A DNA stretch of 64,000 nt from Dehalococcoidia bacterium (GCA_012959605.1 DUCU01000100.1:7147-71146), one strand, 5' to 3'; positions 27,526 to 37,465 are shown, counted from the stretch's first letter. Translations and numbers: made by a program. Notes: generated from the sequence alone by a model not told the origin.

Positions 27526-29072
27526 TAGGGTCTGGCCGCGTTATATTTGCGGCTCAGGCCTGACATTTGGTAGATCAGGTCCATATCGATACTGGAACGG
27601 ATCCAGTCGGCCAGCTTGTCATATTCGCGATCCAGGTTATTCTCTGTGGTCACGTCAGGCAGGGAAACACCCTTACGGCGTGCCAACTCCGCGAGCATTG
27701 CTCCCCTCAGCTCTGGGTTGAGGAACAGACCGTGGATGTAAGTGCCCATCACGCTGCCTGAGGCGTCGATTGCGCCTTCCAAGTCACCGTCGCCACTCAC
27801 TGGGACATCGGCACGGTCTTGGATCAGGAACGGGGGCGAGAATCCCTCGCCAATAGTACGGCCCATATGGATCTCGTATCCAGTGACTGGCATACCTGCT
27901 GCTCCGGCCAGTAGACCCGTAGCTTCAGAAACGCGACCTTTGATTCGGTGCGTTTCCTTGCTGCCTTCAAAGATGGTCGTCAGGTTCAAAAGGCCTAGGC
28001 CATCGAGCTCCGTGATGGATGACTCTATGTGCTCCGGATCGCTGACTTTCGTGCCCAGCATCTGATAGCCACCGCAGATACCAATCACCGCAGCACCACC
28101 GGCGTGCAGGTCTTTAACCGCCTGGGTCAGGCCGCGTTCGTTCATCCAAGCCAGGTCAGGGATGGTCGTCTTGGTGCCTGGAATAATCACCAGGTCGGGA
28201 CGGCCCAGCTGAGCAGGCGAATCCACGTAGCGCAGTTCCACACCGGGATGGCGTGAGATTGGGTCAAAATCGTCGAAGTTAGCAATATGGGGAAGCTGGA
28301 GCACGGCCACGTCTAATACAGATTGGTGCGTGGCGATTGGAGCGTCGTCCAGGGCGACTGAATCTTCTTCGGGGATGTGGATGTCACGGTAGTGATGTAT
28401 CAGCCCAGCCACCGGAATACCGGTCCGGTCTTCCAGCCAGGTGATTCCATCGGTGAGCAGGCTGGGGTCACCACGGAACTTGTTAATGATCATTCCCTTG
28501 ACGATGGCCCGTTCCTCAGGCTCGAGGAGCTCAAGGGTGCCCACCAAGGCCGCGAACACTCCGCCACGGTCGATATCGCCGCACAGCAAGACTGGGGCGT
28601 TGGCGTAGAGGGCCACTCGCATGTTCACAATCTCGTTCTTTTTGAGATTGATTTCGGCGGGACTGCCGGCACCCTCAATCACTACGATGTCAAAGTCCTC
28701 CCGCAGGCTATCAAGAGATGTGTGCACGGCCTCCCAGAGTTGGGGTTTGAGGCCAAAGTAATCTCTGGCCTTGGCCGTCAGCAGGGGTTTACCCATAACG
28801 ACCACCTGCGATATGTGATCGGCTTCTGGTTTGAGCAGGACCGGGTTCATCTCAACTCGGGCTTCCACACCAGCAGCTTCAGCCTGGACCGCCTGGGCGC
28901 GGCCAATCTCAAGGCCGTCTGCAGTCACATACGAGTTGTTGGACATGTTCTGGGCCTTAAAGGGCGCAACGCTGTACCCATCTTGGCGGAAGATGCGACA
29001 GAAAGCAGAGACCAGCACACTCTTTCCCACATGGGAGGCGGTGCCCTGGACCATTAGTGCTTTCCCGGCCAT
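27525..29072 (-). CDS. cobQ: cobyric acid synthase
   Basis: 515 aa with N-terminal MVQGTASHVGKS and a C-terminal glutamine amidotransferase module (GICGGYQMLG). Confidence 0.9.
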   Translation of the reverse strand: MAGKALMVQGTASHVGKSVLVSAFCRIFRQDGYSVAPFKAQNMSNNSYVTADGLEIGRAQAVQAEAAGVEARVEMNPVLLKPEADHISQVVVMGKPLLTAKARDYFGLKPQLWEAVHTSLDSLREDFDIVVIEGAGSPAEINLKKNEIVNMRVALYANAPVLLCGDIDRGGVFAALVGTLELLEPEERAIVKGMIINKFRGDPSLLTDGITWLEDRTGIPVAGLIHHYRDIHIPEEDSVALDDAPIATHQSVLDVAVLQLPHIANFDDFDPISRHPGVELRYVDSPAQLGRPDLVIIPGTKTTIPDLAWMNERGLTQAVKDLHAGGAAVIGICGGYQMLGTKVSDPEHIESSITELDGLGLLNLTTIFEGSKETHRIKGRVSEATGLLAGAAGMPVTGYEIHMGRTIGEGFSPPFLIQDRADVPVSGDGDLEGAIDASGSVMGTYIHGLFLNPELRGAMLAELARRKGVSLPDVTTENNLDREYDKLADWIRSSIDMDLIYQMSGLSRKYNAARP

Positions 29073-29116
29073 CTAAACGTTTGACCTTTTTTGGCTTGAT
29101 AAAGCAGGCATTTTAA

Positions 29117-29770
29117 TTAACCAGCCTGCCCGTGATGCACGGTGCCGTCAATATGAGAAATGTCGTTGAACAGTCGCAATACTGCGTTGTCCGCATAGGT
29201 ATCTACCATTGTCAGACCGCAATTACCAAACACGAATGACCAGTTGCCTTCCAAAGGCATACCCAACAGCGAGACCATTGCCGCACGGAGCACGCCGCCG
29301 TGACTCACAACCAGCACGGTCTCATCCAGGTGATTGGCCTTGATCTCATCAAATATGCTGGCCATGCGAATGCTTACGTCCCGGGTGGTTTCCCCACCTT
29401 CAGGCGCATAACTCAGGTCTTTCTCCAGGTACTTGGGGTATTCCGCCGGGAATTTTTCTTGAATCTCCGGCAGAGTCATGCCTTCAAAAATACCTTTATG
29501 GTACTCGCGGAGTCTGGGGGTTTCGTTCAGCGTGATATCACGTCCGTCCAGTGCGAGCTTGGCAGTCTCAGAGGTCCGTTTCAGGTCGCTACTGTAGGCA
29601 ACATCAATTTGGCGGTCTGCCAACCGTTGCCCCAGTGAACGTGCCTGATCCTCGCCTCTTTTAGACAATCCTATGTCAGTGTGGCCTTGTATCCGTCCTT
29701 CGGCATTCCACTCGGTTTCGCCGTGACGGACTATTAATAGTGTTCCCATTCTGGTGGATATTCTAAACAC
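29117..29770 (-). CDS. histidine phosphatase family protein, CobC-like alpha-ribazole phosphatase
   Basis: RHGETEWN motif. First gene of the cobalamin salvage run. Confidence 0.7.
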   Translation of the reverse strand: MFRISTRMGTLLIVRHGETEWNAEGRIQGHTDIGLSKRGEDQARSLGQRLADRQIDVAYSSDLKRTSETAKLALDGRDITLNETPRLREYHKGIFEGMTLPEIQEKFPAEYPKYLEKDLSYAPEGGETTRDVSIRMASIFDEIKANHLDETVLVVSHGGVLRAAMVSLLGMPLEGNWSFVFGNCGLTMVDTYADNAVLRLFNDISHIDGTVHHGQAG

Positions 29771-29837
29771 GATGCACTTGAAAGTACACAGATACTTCTA
29801 TCTAATGTCTCTAGGATGTTTCACATACTACATGTAG

Positions 29838-29857
29838 ATGAGACTAACTAGTCTCAT
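29838..29857. promoter_or_regulatory. perfect 9-bp inverted repeat, candidate operator
   Basis: ATGAGACTA-AC-TAGTCTCAT in the divergent intergenic region between the cob run and the zinc-ribbon gene. Confidence 0.3.
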
Positions 29858-29893
29858 TAGTTGCCATAATTTAAGAAATTGGCATACTATATG

Positions 29894-29922
29894 TTGACAT
29901 GTCTTAAAATCCAAGCTAGAAT
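29894..29922 (+). promoter_or_regulatory. near-consensus sigma70-type promoter
   Basis: TTGACA (29894..29899), 17-nt spacer, TAGAAT (29917..29922). It lies about 30 nt upstream of the zinc-ribbon ATG. Confidence 0.5.
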
Positions 29923-29953
29923 ATCGAGACCGTAACGATGGGAGGTGTTTCTT

Positions 29954-30094
29954 ATGGAAGCATACTGTGTGAAGTGTCGAAGCAAGCGCGAGATCAAGAA
30001 CCCCGAAAAGATCACTATGAAAAACGGGAAGCCCGCCACTCAGGGTACATGCCCGTCATGTGGCACCAAGGTTTTTCGTATCGGAGCCGCTTAA
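29954..30094 (+). CDS. 46-aa zinc-ribbon protein (DUF5679-like)
   Basis: MEAYCVKCRSKREIKNPEKITMKNGKPATQGTCPSCGTKVFRIGAA with CxxC...CxxC. GGGAGGTG RBS lies 6 nt upstream. Absent from the ORF track because it is shorter than 60 aa. Confidence 0.7.
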   Translation: MEAYCVKCRSKREIKNPEKITMKNGKPATQGTCPSCGTKVFRIGAA

Positions 30095-30437
30095 CAGCGG
30101 TCTTCGACTTTTCTTCTTCGCTGATAACGGGCAGTCAGGCGGCGATTTAGTTGTTTCGAGCTGATAGTCGGCTTTCGTCCCACCGTCAGAAACTGGCCTG
30201 TGGCAGTCACCCGAAGTGTTGTGTAGTGATGTGTGTAAAGGGTGGCTGCTTACAGCTTGGTTAATTTTGTTTGAATTTTCCCTCTAGCCCTGAATATAAA
30301 CGGGTTTATTTAAACTTGTTCCATTTCAAAAGATACTGATTTGGGCACAGAGTAACGGAAAAAGCAAGATATCTGGTCGTCTTACCTATAGGTTTTATTC
30401 CTGTGCATTTTCGCGCGGGATTGGCAAACATGGCTTC

Positions 30438-30474
30438 GTGGCCGAGGGTCCCTCCTCTTCGGCCACTTTTTTTG
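30438..30474 (+). terminator. intrinsic terminator inside a long non-coding region
   Basis: GTGGCCGA-N13-TCGGCCAC stem followed by TTTTTTT. Confidence 0.7.
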
Positions 30475-30716
30475 TGCCGTTCCCTAGGTATTGCCAACTC
30501 CATTTTCCCACCCTCTAGGGTTTAACTGCCCGTCCATTTAATCGTCTCAGCCAAGTTATTTTCGACCTCAATCCTATGCTCTGTGCTATTATGGCGGCGC
30601 ACACCAACCATAGGGTTTTCAAGCGTGTTTTATCCCGTGCCAGCCATGACTTATCAGCCAGTAGGCTAGAGGCTGAAACGGAGCTAATATTCGAGTAAAA
30701 ACTTCGGAGGTTCATC

Positions 30717-31016
30717 ATGACTCAAACTGCTTCATGGCAAGACCTACTAAAGAGCGGCGCACCCGATATCCTGAAAGTGTCGGAGGACGCCCGTGATGTC
30801 ATCCTTCCCGACGGTGCACTTTCCAACAAGACCAAGACCCTGATGACCATGCTGTGTGATGCTCTGTTGGGTCACGATGGCGGAGTAACAACAATCGCCA
30901 ATCGGGCGCGAGCTGCCGGCGCATCTGAAGAGGAGATCGCCGAGACCGTAGGCGTGGCATTTTTGATGGGAGGACTACCGGCTCTGGTTACCGGCGCCAA
31001 TGCTTTTAAGAAGTAA
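30717..31016 (+). CDS. carboxymuconolactone decarboxylase (AhpD-like) family protein
   Basis: 99 aa, helical CMD-like sequence (KTKTLMTMLCDALLGH). GGAGG RBS present. Confidence 0.65.
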   Translation: MTQTASWQDLLKSGAPDILKVSEDARDVILPDGALSNKTKTLMTMLCDALLGHDGGVTTIANRARAAGASEEEIAETVGVAFLMGGLPALVTGANAFKK

Positions 31017-31102
31017 GCAGCCGATTTTGCTGAATTGTTAGGTGTGAATCACTGAATATTTCAGAAGTATCAGAAGATTCAGAACTAATTGAGGTACTTA
31101 AA

Positions 31103-32017
31103 ATGGCACAGGCCGAACCCATTGTATTTTTCAACGGCGAACTGAAGCCCGAATCCCAAGTTGGCATATCAATTAGGGACCGAGGCTACCTTTACGGGGA
31201 CGCCGTTTTTGACGCAGCACGGACATTCAATGGAACGCCTTTCCGTCTTCCGGAACACATACACCGACTCTATGATTCGCTGCGCTATTTGCGGATTGAT
31301 GTGGGGTTAAAACAGTCGGAGATGGAAGACTGGTCGCGTCAGGTTATTGAACATAATTACAAACTGCTGCCACGAGGCCAAGACATGTGGGTCATGCAGC
31401 GAATCAGTCGTGGCATCGAGCCGGTACTGCCCGGCGATGTCATGCGCCCGACCATCTTGATTGAGACTCATCCGATTCCTTTTGCGCGTCGTGCCGCTTT
31501 ATACCGCGATGGCGCTTCAATATTCACGCCATCAGTACCCAGAGTGCCGCCTCGCTTCCTCAGTCCCCGGGCCAAGACCCACAACTATCTGAACCTGATT
31601 ATGGGCGACTTGGAAGCTGCTGCTAGTGACCCTGACGCCTGGTCAGTGCTGCTGGATGAGTCTGGGAACCTGACCGAAGGCCGTGGATCCAACATCTTCT
31701 TGGTTAAAGACGGGACAGTTGCCACACCCAAGGGCCAAAACGTACTTGAGGGCATCACCCGAGGCGTGGCGATGAACCTGGCACGGGGTCTTGATATGCC
31801 AGTGGAAGAGCGGGACCTGGATCTTTATGACGCCTACGTGGCTGATGAAGCGTTCCTGACTTCAACTAGTCTTTGCATTTTGCCTGTGTCCTCGTTCAAT
31901 AACACGACCATCGCCGGCGGCCAGGTTCCAGGCCCGATCACTCGCAGACTGATGGACGCATTTAGTGATACGGCCGGCATGGACTTTGAAGAGCAGTATC
32001 TGTCGCACCTGGAGTGA
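31103..32017 (+). CDS. class IV aminotransferase (branched-chain / D-amino acid type)
   Basis: 304 aa with fold-type IV blocks (YGDAVFD, SPRAKTHNYLN, EGRGSNIF, EGITR). Confidence 0.85.
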   Translation: MAQAEPIVFFNGELKPESQVGISIRDRGYLYGDAVFDAARTFNGTPFRLPEHIHRLYDSLRYLRIDVGLKQSEMEDWSRQVIEHNYKLLPRGQDMWVMQRISRGIEPVLPGDVMRPTILIETHPIPFARRAALYRDGASIFTPSVPRVPPRFLSPRAKTHNYLNLIMGDLEAAASDPDAWSVLLDESGNLTEGRGSNIFLVKDGTVATPKGQNVLEGITRGVAMNLARGLDMPVEERDLDLYDAYVADEAFLTSTSLCILPVSSFNNTTIAGGQVPGPITRRLMDAFSDTAGMDFEEQYLSHLE

Positions 32018-32075
32018 TTCTGTAGCTGACGTATCCGGCATTGATCTTATTCACGCGTATTAGTGGGAGAAAACC

Positions 32076-32975
32076 ATGTCCGACCAAATTCCAAATATCA
32101 CCGACTCACCGACCGAGAAACTGGCCGTTGACTTTGGATTTACTGAAGGCCCACTCTGGCATTTGGACGGCTACTGGCTGTTTGTGGACATTCGATCGTT
32201 GAAAATTCACAAAATGTCGACCAGCGGCCAGTTGGAGACGTTCCGAGATCCTAGCTTCGGCACCAACGGAATGACCTTCGACAAACAGGGAAACATGGTG
32301 ATCTGTGAGAGCGATAATCGCCAGATCATGCGCCGCCAGGCTGACGGTTCCTACACGGCCATTGCCACACACGCCGACGGCAAACGCTTGAACCGGCCTA
32401 ATGATATTGTTGGCCGTTCTGACGGTAGTCTTTATTTTACAGATCCGGGCGGACGTCTTACGGACGCTGAAAGAGAACTGGATTTCAGCGGTGTGCACAT
32501 AATTGCCCCCGATGGCAGCCAATCTGTGGGCACCACCGAGACCGAATACCCCAACGGACTGGCGTTTTCTCCGGATGAAAAGATTCTCTACGTAGCTATC
32601 ACGCGCCTGGACAGCCGTTGCCTTGAAGAAAAAGAGAAGAAGCAGGTGTGTGAGCATCAACTGATTCGTGCTTTTGACGTGGCGCCCGATGGCAGCCTAA
32701 GCAATAACCGAGTCTTTGCCAACATGCATTCCGCAGAAGACGGCGTGCCTGACGGTATGAAAGTAGACGTCGAGGGCAATGTCTATTGCACTGGCTCGGA
32801 AGGGGTTTGGGTCTTTGACGCGTCGGGCAACCACCTGGGCACGATTATTCTTCCTGAGATACCCGCCAACTGCGCCTGGGGTGGACCCGACAACCGCACT
32901 ATGTTGTTCACCGCCCGTACCTCTGTCTTCAGCATGCGCATGAAGAACCCAGGCACAGCGATTCCCAGAGACTAA
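32076..32975 (+). CDS. SMP-30/gluconolactonase/LRE family protein
   Basis: TEGPLW, NRPNDIV, YFTDP, PNGLAFSPDE and DGMKVD blocks. Confidence 0.85.
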   Translation: MSDQIPNITDSPTEKLAVDFGFTEGPLWHLDGYWLFVDIRSLKIHKMSTSGQLETFRDPSFGTNGMTFDKQGNMVICESDNRQIMRRQADGSYTAIATHADGKRLNRPNDIVGRSDGSLYFTDPGGRLTDAERELDFSGVHIIAPDGSQSVGTTETEYPNGLAFSPDEKILYVAITRLDSRCLEEKEKKQVCEHQLIRAFDVAPDGSLSNNRVFANMHSAEDGVPDGMKVDVEGNVYCTGSEGVWVFDASGNHLGTIILPEIPANCAWGGPDNRTMLFTARTSVFSMRMKNPGTAIPRD

Positions 32976-33024
32976 TCCCTGGTTAAAGGGGTTTACTAAG
33001 ATTTCCTGAGGGTTGATAGACAGC

Positions 33025-34155
33025 ATGCCAGGTTATGACGCAATAGTGATTGGTGTCGGCGGCATGGGAAGCGCCGCGGTTTACCACTTGGCCAAGCGCG
33101 GCTTAAAGGTCTTGGGCCTGGAACAATTCGAGATTCCCCACGAGTTAGGCTCGTCCCATGGTCATTCTCGGATGATTCGCTACACCCTCCAGGAACACCC
33201 TTCCTATGTTCCATTGGTCCGCCGTGCCTACGAGCTTTGGCATGCACTGGAGCAAAGTGCTCGTGAAACACTGGTGGTCACAACCGGCTCGGTGCGTGCT
33301 GGGCCTCCGGACAGTGATTTCTACTTAGGCGCTATTGAAGCCTGCGACATGCACCAGATTCCTTACGAGATTCTCGGCAATACCGAGGTCAATAAACGGT
33401 TTCCCGGCTATCAGTTTCCCGATGGGATATCCTCGGTCTACCAGGCAGACGGCGGGTTCTTGCTTCCGGAACTGTGCATCGTGAGTCACGCCCAGGTGGC
33501 TGAAGAGGCCGGAGCAGAGATCCACAGCGGCGAAACGGTGCTGGGCTGGGAAGTCCAGGGCGACGATGTTCAGGTTCGCACCAACCGTGATACCTACTCC
33601 GCAGCCAGACTGGTGATAACCGCCGGTGCCTGGGCCGCCAAGTTAGTCCCTCACGTGGCGCCGTACGCCGTGCCTGAGCGGCAAGTGCTGGGTTGGTTTA
33701 AGCCGGATCGGCCCGAGTTGTTCACACCGGAGAATTTCCCGGTCTTTGGCATCTGGACTGAAGAGGGGCGCTATTACGGCTTTCCCAACTACAGCGTTCC
33801 GGGATTCAAGATTGGCCGGGCGCATCATTTAAAGCAGAAAGTGGACCCAGACGACATGGACCGCGAGATACACGCAGACGACGAGGAAATCTTGCGCGGG
33901 TTTACCAGTCGCTATTTCCCCCTAGCAGCGGGTGACCTATTGGACACCAAGACCTGCATCTATACCAATACTCCAGACGAGCAGTTCATGATCGGCGTGC
34001 TGCCAGACCAGCCCCAAGTGTCGGTGGCTGCAGGTTTCTCTGGTCACGGATTCAAATTCGCCAGCGTGATTGGCGAGATCATGGCCGATCTGGCGCAAAA
34101 CGGAGAAACCAGTCACAACATAGACCTTTTCCGGCTCGACAGATTCGACTCGTAA
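33025..34155 (+). CDS. FAD-dependent N-methyl-amino-acid oxidase (SolA / monomeric sarcosine oxidase-like)
   Basis: YDAIVIGVGGMGSA dinucleotide motif and C-terminal GFSGHGFKF. ATG 33025 is preferred over TTG 33013. Confidence 0.8.
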   Translation: MPGYDAIVIGVGGMGSAAVYHLAKRGLKVLGLEQFEIPHELGSSHGHSRMIRYTLQEHPSYVPLVRRAYELWHALEQSARETLVVTTGSVRAGPPDSDFYLGAIEACDMHQIPYEILGNTEVNKRFPGYQFPDGISSVYQADGGFLLPELCIVSHAQVAEEAGAEIHSGETVLGWEVQGDDVQVRTNRDTYSAARLVITAGAWAAKLVPHVAPYAVPERQVLGWFKPDRPELFTPENFPVFGIWTEEGRYYGFPNYSVPGFKIGRAHHLKQKVDPDDMDREIHADDEEILRGFTSRYFPLAAGDLLDTKTCIYTNTPDEQFMIGVLPDQPQVSVAAGFSGHGFKFASVIGEIMADLAQNGETSHNIDLFRLDRFDS

Positions 34156-34276
34156 GTCGATGATATGCTGGACTGGTTCACTTCAAATTAACCGGTTCCA
34201 ACATTATACAGGCGTAGACTCCGACCGGTATCTAAAGATAGTTTTTACCTGATCATGACTGGGAAGCAATAATCAT

Positions 34277-35164
34277 ATGGAACATCTAATCATTCACGAG
34301 ACACCGGATAAAAAACTGAAACACATGGTGGTTGTGTTCAGCGGCTGGGCCGACGCTGCAGAGGGAGCCACCAGCGCGATCAAGTTTTTACAGCGGAAAC
34401 TGAAGTCCAAGAAATTCGCCGAGATTGACCCGGAAGAATTCTATGACTTTTCCCAGACCCGCCCGTATACCTCCCGCACCAGAGACGGAAAGCGTCGCAT
34501 CCACTGGCCGGCCAACGAGTTCTCGTACCTGACAGACCCCAGAGCTCATTCCGGAGTCATGGTGTTTGTAGGCGTTGAACCCAACCTTAAGTGGCGCACG
34601 TTTGCCAAGACTGTGGCCACCGTGGCAAAAGACCACGGTGTGGAATCAGTAGTCCACATCGGCGCGCTGTTAGACGCCGTGCCTCACACACGCCCAGTCA
34701 AACTCAGCGGCACCGCCAGCGAATCCAGTCTCAGCGAATTTCTGGAAGGACAGGGAATTCGGTCGTCCAATTATCAAGGGCCCACCGGTATCAGCTCTGC
34801 CGTGATGGCCGCCTGCATCGAAGAAGGACTGGAATATACCTCTATCTGGGGTCACACCTCCCACTACTTGCAGGCGGCGCCCAACCACAGGGTAGGATCA
34901 ACATTGCTGGAGATACTGCTGAAGCTGCTAAATCTGCCCCTGGATCTGGCTGAGTTAAAGTCTGCGGCCGGCGTCTTCAATGTAGAAGTGGAAAAAGCTG
35001 TGGCCAAAGACGACCAGATCGCCTCCTACGTCACCAAGCTTGAAGGTCAGTACGACGAAGCTGTTGCTGCCATTGAGATTCCGGATCCCGCCGAGTTAGT
35101 CCGGGATTTGGAGAAATTCCTTCGCGGAGAGCAGCGCCGACCACCCACTGACCTTAGTAGCTAA
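34277..35164 (+). CDS. PAC2 (proteasome assembly chaperone-like) family protein
   Basis: 295 aa with the PAC2-like pattern VVVFSGWADAAEGAT ... VGVEPNLKW ... YQGPTGISS. Confidence 0.75.
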   Translation: MEHLIIHETPDKKLKHMVVVFSGWADAAEGATSAIKFLQRKLKSKKFAEIDPEEFYDFSQTRPYTSRTRDGKRRIHWPANEFSYLTDPRAHSGVMVFVGVEPNLKWRTFAKTVATVAKDHGVESVVHIGALLDAVPHTRPVKLSGTASESSLSEFLEGQGIRSSNYQGPTGISSAVMAACIEEGLEYTSIWGHTSHYLQAAPNHRVGSTLLEILLKLLNLPLDLAELKSAAGVFNVEVEKAVAKDDQIASYVTKLEGQYDEAVAAIEIPDPAELVRDLEKFLRGEQRRPPTDLSS

Positions 35165-35343
35165 AACTGCCTCCGGCCGTTAAAAAACCGGCCCGCAGGC
35201 TATTTGCTCTCTAAAACTTCATTCTCAAAACCCTCGTGACAGGCTGTATTTCCAAGACCCTACCGCCTTATGTTATGTCGTTTGAACTAGCGAGCTGAAA
35301 CCATATTAATTTGGAATAACAGAATGTTCGCAGTATCAATTTA

Positions 35344-35372
35344 TTGATTTGTCATAGACGTTAGTTTATACT
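35344..35372 (+). promoter_or_regulatory. copy D of the repeated SBP promoter module
   Basis: TTGATT-17-TATACT inside ATTGATTT-N10-TTAGTTTATACTT. Confidence 0.35.
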
Positions 35373-35384
35373 TAGATAAGGCTC

Positions 35385-36960
35385 CAGCAGGAGTGGTCCA
35401 GCTGTCAGGCACATTAAATGTGGGACAAAAGGAATTGGGCCCGTATTTTGGAAGCCCAAAAATCTCTGGTAACCCTCAGATATTCCTTAACAGCGCTGCA
35501 CCAATTACTGAAACCTTAGGTATCCACGCATTTGAAGGAAACAAACTGCTTCCAGGGCTCGCTGAGAGTTGGGAAGTCTCTCCAGATGGACAAATATGGA
35601 CATTCCATATTCGACAAGGGGTTCAATTCCACAAAGGCTTTGGCGAAATGACGGCCGAAGACGTTGAATTCTCCTTTGAACAGGTAGCCAACAGCGAAAA
35701 AAATGCCCGAGCTTCCATAGCTAAAGAAGTGTTCTTTAATGGAAACGAAAGTAGATCAATGCCTGACGACTACACCTGGATAGTCGATACCGGCACTCCT
35801 TTCTCCGACGTTGGAATACTTGAATTAATGGGAATGCCTCGTTCAGTTTGTGCTTGGATAGTAAGCAAGAAGCAAATCGTAATACCGCTGCCACCGGACC
35901 CTGGCAGATTGGCGAATGGAAAACTGGCGAATACTGGGAAATGCCTGCTGTTGAAAATCATTGGAGGCAAACACCCAATTTCGCAAAGATGATAGCTTGG
36001 GAGATTCCGAAGGAATCTGCCAGAGTAGCTGGCTTCCAAACAGGAAACCTCGACACGTTTGTAATGGCTCTGGACTCGATACCTGAAGTAGAAAAGGTAG
36101 AAGTCGCCACACTCTTACAAGTTCCGAACGCAATGCAATCTCAATTGAATTTCTACGGCAACCTCCATCTGAAAGAAGAAGATGGATACAAAGTTTAGGA
36201 TGAGGATCGTGACCACCCATGGATATCAACTAACTCCGATGTTGATTCCCCCGGATGGGCTAATGCTGTAAAGGTTCGTAAAGCACTGTCGATTGCGATT
36301 AACCGACAATCGCTCATTGATAATCTGCTGCTTGGGTTCGGTCACCCAAATACACTCCAAGGTTGGGGTGGAGCCGACGAAGCGCGATATGATTCAGATA
36401 TGATTTGGGAGTACGACCCCGAGGCCGCTAAAGCTCTTTTAGCTGAAGCAGGGTTCGGCGATGGGTTAGATATCACACTCACGGCAGCTATTCGCGGTGC
36501 CCCTTCACAACTCGAAAACTGCGAAGCAATCGCACAAATGTGGGACGACATCGGGATTAACGTAAAATTCCAAAACCTACCTTACGGGACTTTAAGGCCA
36601 ACGTTGGTTGCGCGTACATACCGAGGTGCTACATGCCACGCAGCATCTATTCGATTAGCACCAACTCAAGGATTTGCCAGCTATCTGAATGCATCGCCAT
36701 TCAGCTACGGGGCGGAACATGACTTCTTAGAAGAGCATATCGCCAAAGCCAAAGGGTCGATTCTACGAGCCGACCGGGAAGCGGCGGAAGACGCTCTTGC
36801 CCGATGGAATTTCGATAACGCATTCGCCATGATTGGCCTTTACGTTAACGACAATGTATGGCCAGTTGGACCGAAGTTAGACGTGGATTCTTGGAAAGAT
36901 CATGTCAAACAAGGCGACCTACGCCAAATCAATGGATTTGAGTATATAAAGCCTAAATAA
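35385..36960 (+). pseudogene. decayed family-5 (peptide/nickel type) solute-binding protein gene
   Basis: ORFs 35393..35992, 35848..36198 and 36400..36960 align piecewise to the intact paralogs at 37466 and 40154. It has no signal peptide, a frame change near 35875 and an in-frame TAG at 36196..36198. Confidence 0.8.
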
Positions 36961-37018
36961 TCCAATTAACAAAATAAATCCCGCGAGCTAGTCACAGGAT
37001 CACAGCCAAAAACAAAAA

Positions 37019-37049
37019 AGAGCCAGCCCTATGGGTTGGCTCTTTTTTA
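37019..37049 (+). terminator. intrinsic terminator
   Basis: AGAGCCAGCC-loop-GGTTGGCTCT followed by TTTTTAT. Confidence 0.65.
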
Positions 37050-37214
37050 TTTGGTAAATCAACGGCATGAGTCACATTTGTAAGCTCTGGCGCAAAACCA
37101 CACGTCCACATCCAAGTTCAAATCAACGATGATTACCACAATCAAGCGGTCTGCCCAACCGTAATCACTTCTGGTTTACTCAATTAGGGTTATCAAAATA
37201 TCAAATACAAACTA

Positions 37215-37243
37215 TTGACTTAAGATAAGCAATAGTATATATC
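37215..37243 (+). promoter_or_regulatory. copy A of the repeated SBP promoter module
   Basis: TTGACT-17-TATATC inside CTATTGACTT-N10-ATAGTATATATCT. Confidence 0.45.
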
Positions 37244-37465
37244 TACTTACCAAAAGGGCATATGTGTTTTGGTATTTTAGATCTTCTGATGATATATGCA
37301 TAAGTGTCTTGCTAGTTTTCAGTAATTAATTTGTTAATTAATCCTATATTAACTTTATAAACATCTAACCATTCCCAGCATCTAAGAGTCATTTTCCAAC
37401 TGGAAGCGGCTCCAGAACCCTATAGAACACCGTAGCCCCAAATTCAATTATGAGGTTGGTTCATC

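Noticed and set aside
29771-29953. Looked for a cobalamin riboswitch in front of the cobC-cobQ-cobU run.
   Set aside because: The region is short and AT-rich. I saw no B12-box-like GCC/GGC-rich conserved core. Only a palindrome and a plus-strand promoter are evident.
29938-30150. The 70-aa ORF given in the track at this position.
   Set aside because: Its ATG lies within the Shine-Dalgarno sequence of the alternative frame, and its product has no motif. The 46-aa frame has an RBS at correct spacing and a CxxC...CxxC zinc ribbon.
30306-30718. Minus-strand ORFs of 65 and 67 aa in the long non-coding stretch.
   Set aside because: They have no RBS, odd composition and no recognisable motif. One of them overlaps the plus-strand terminator stem.
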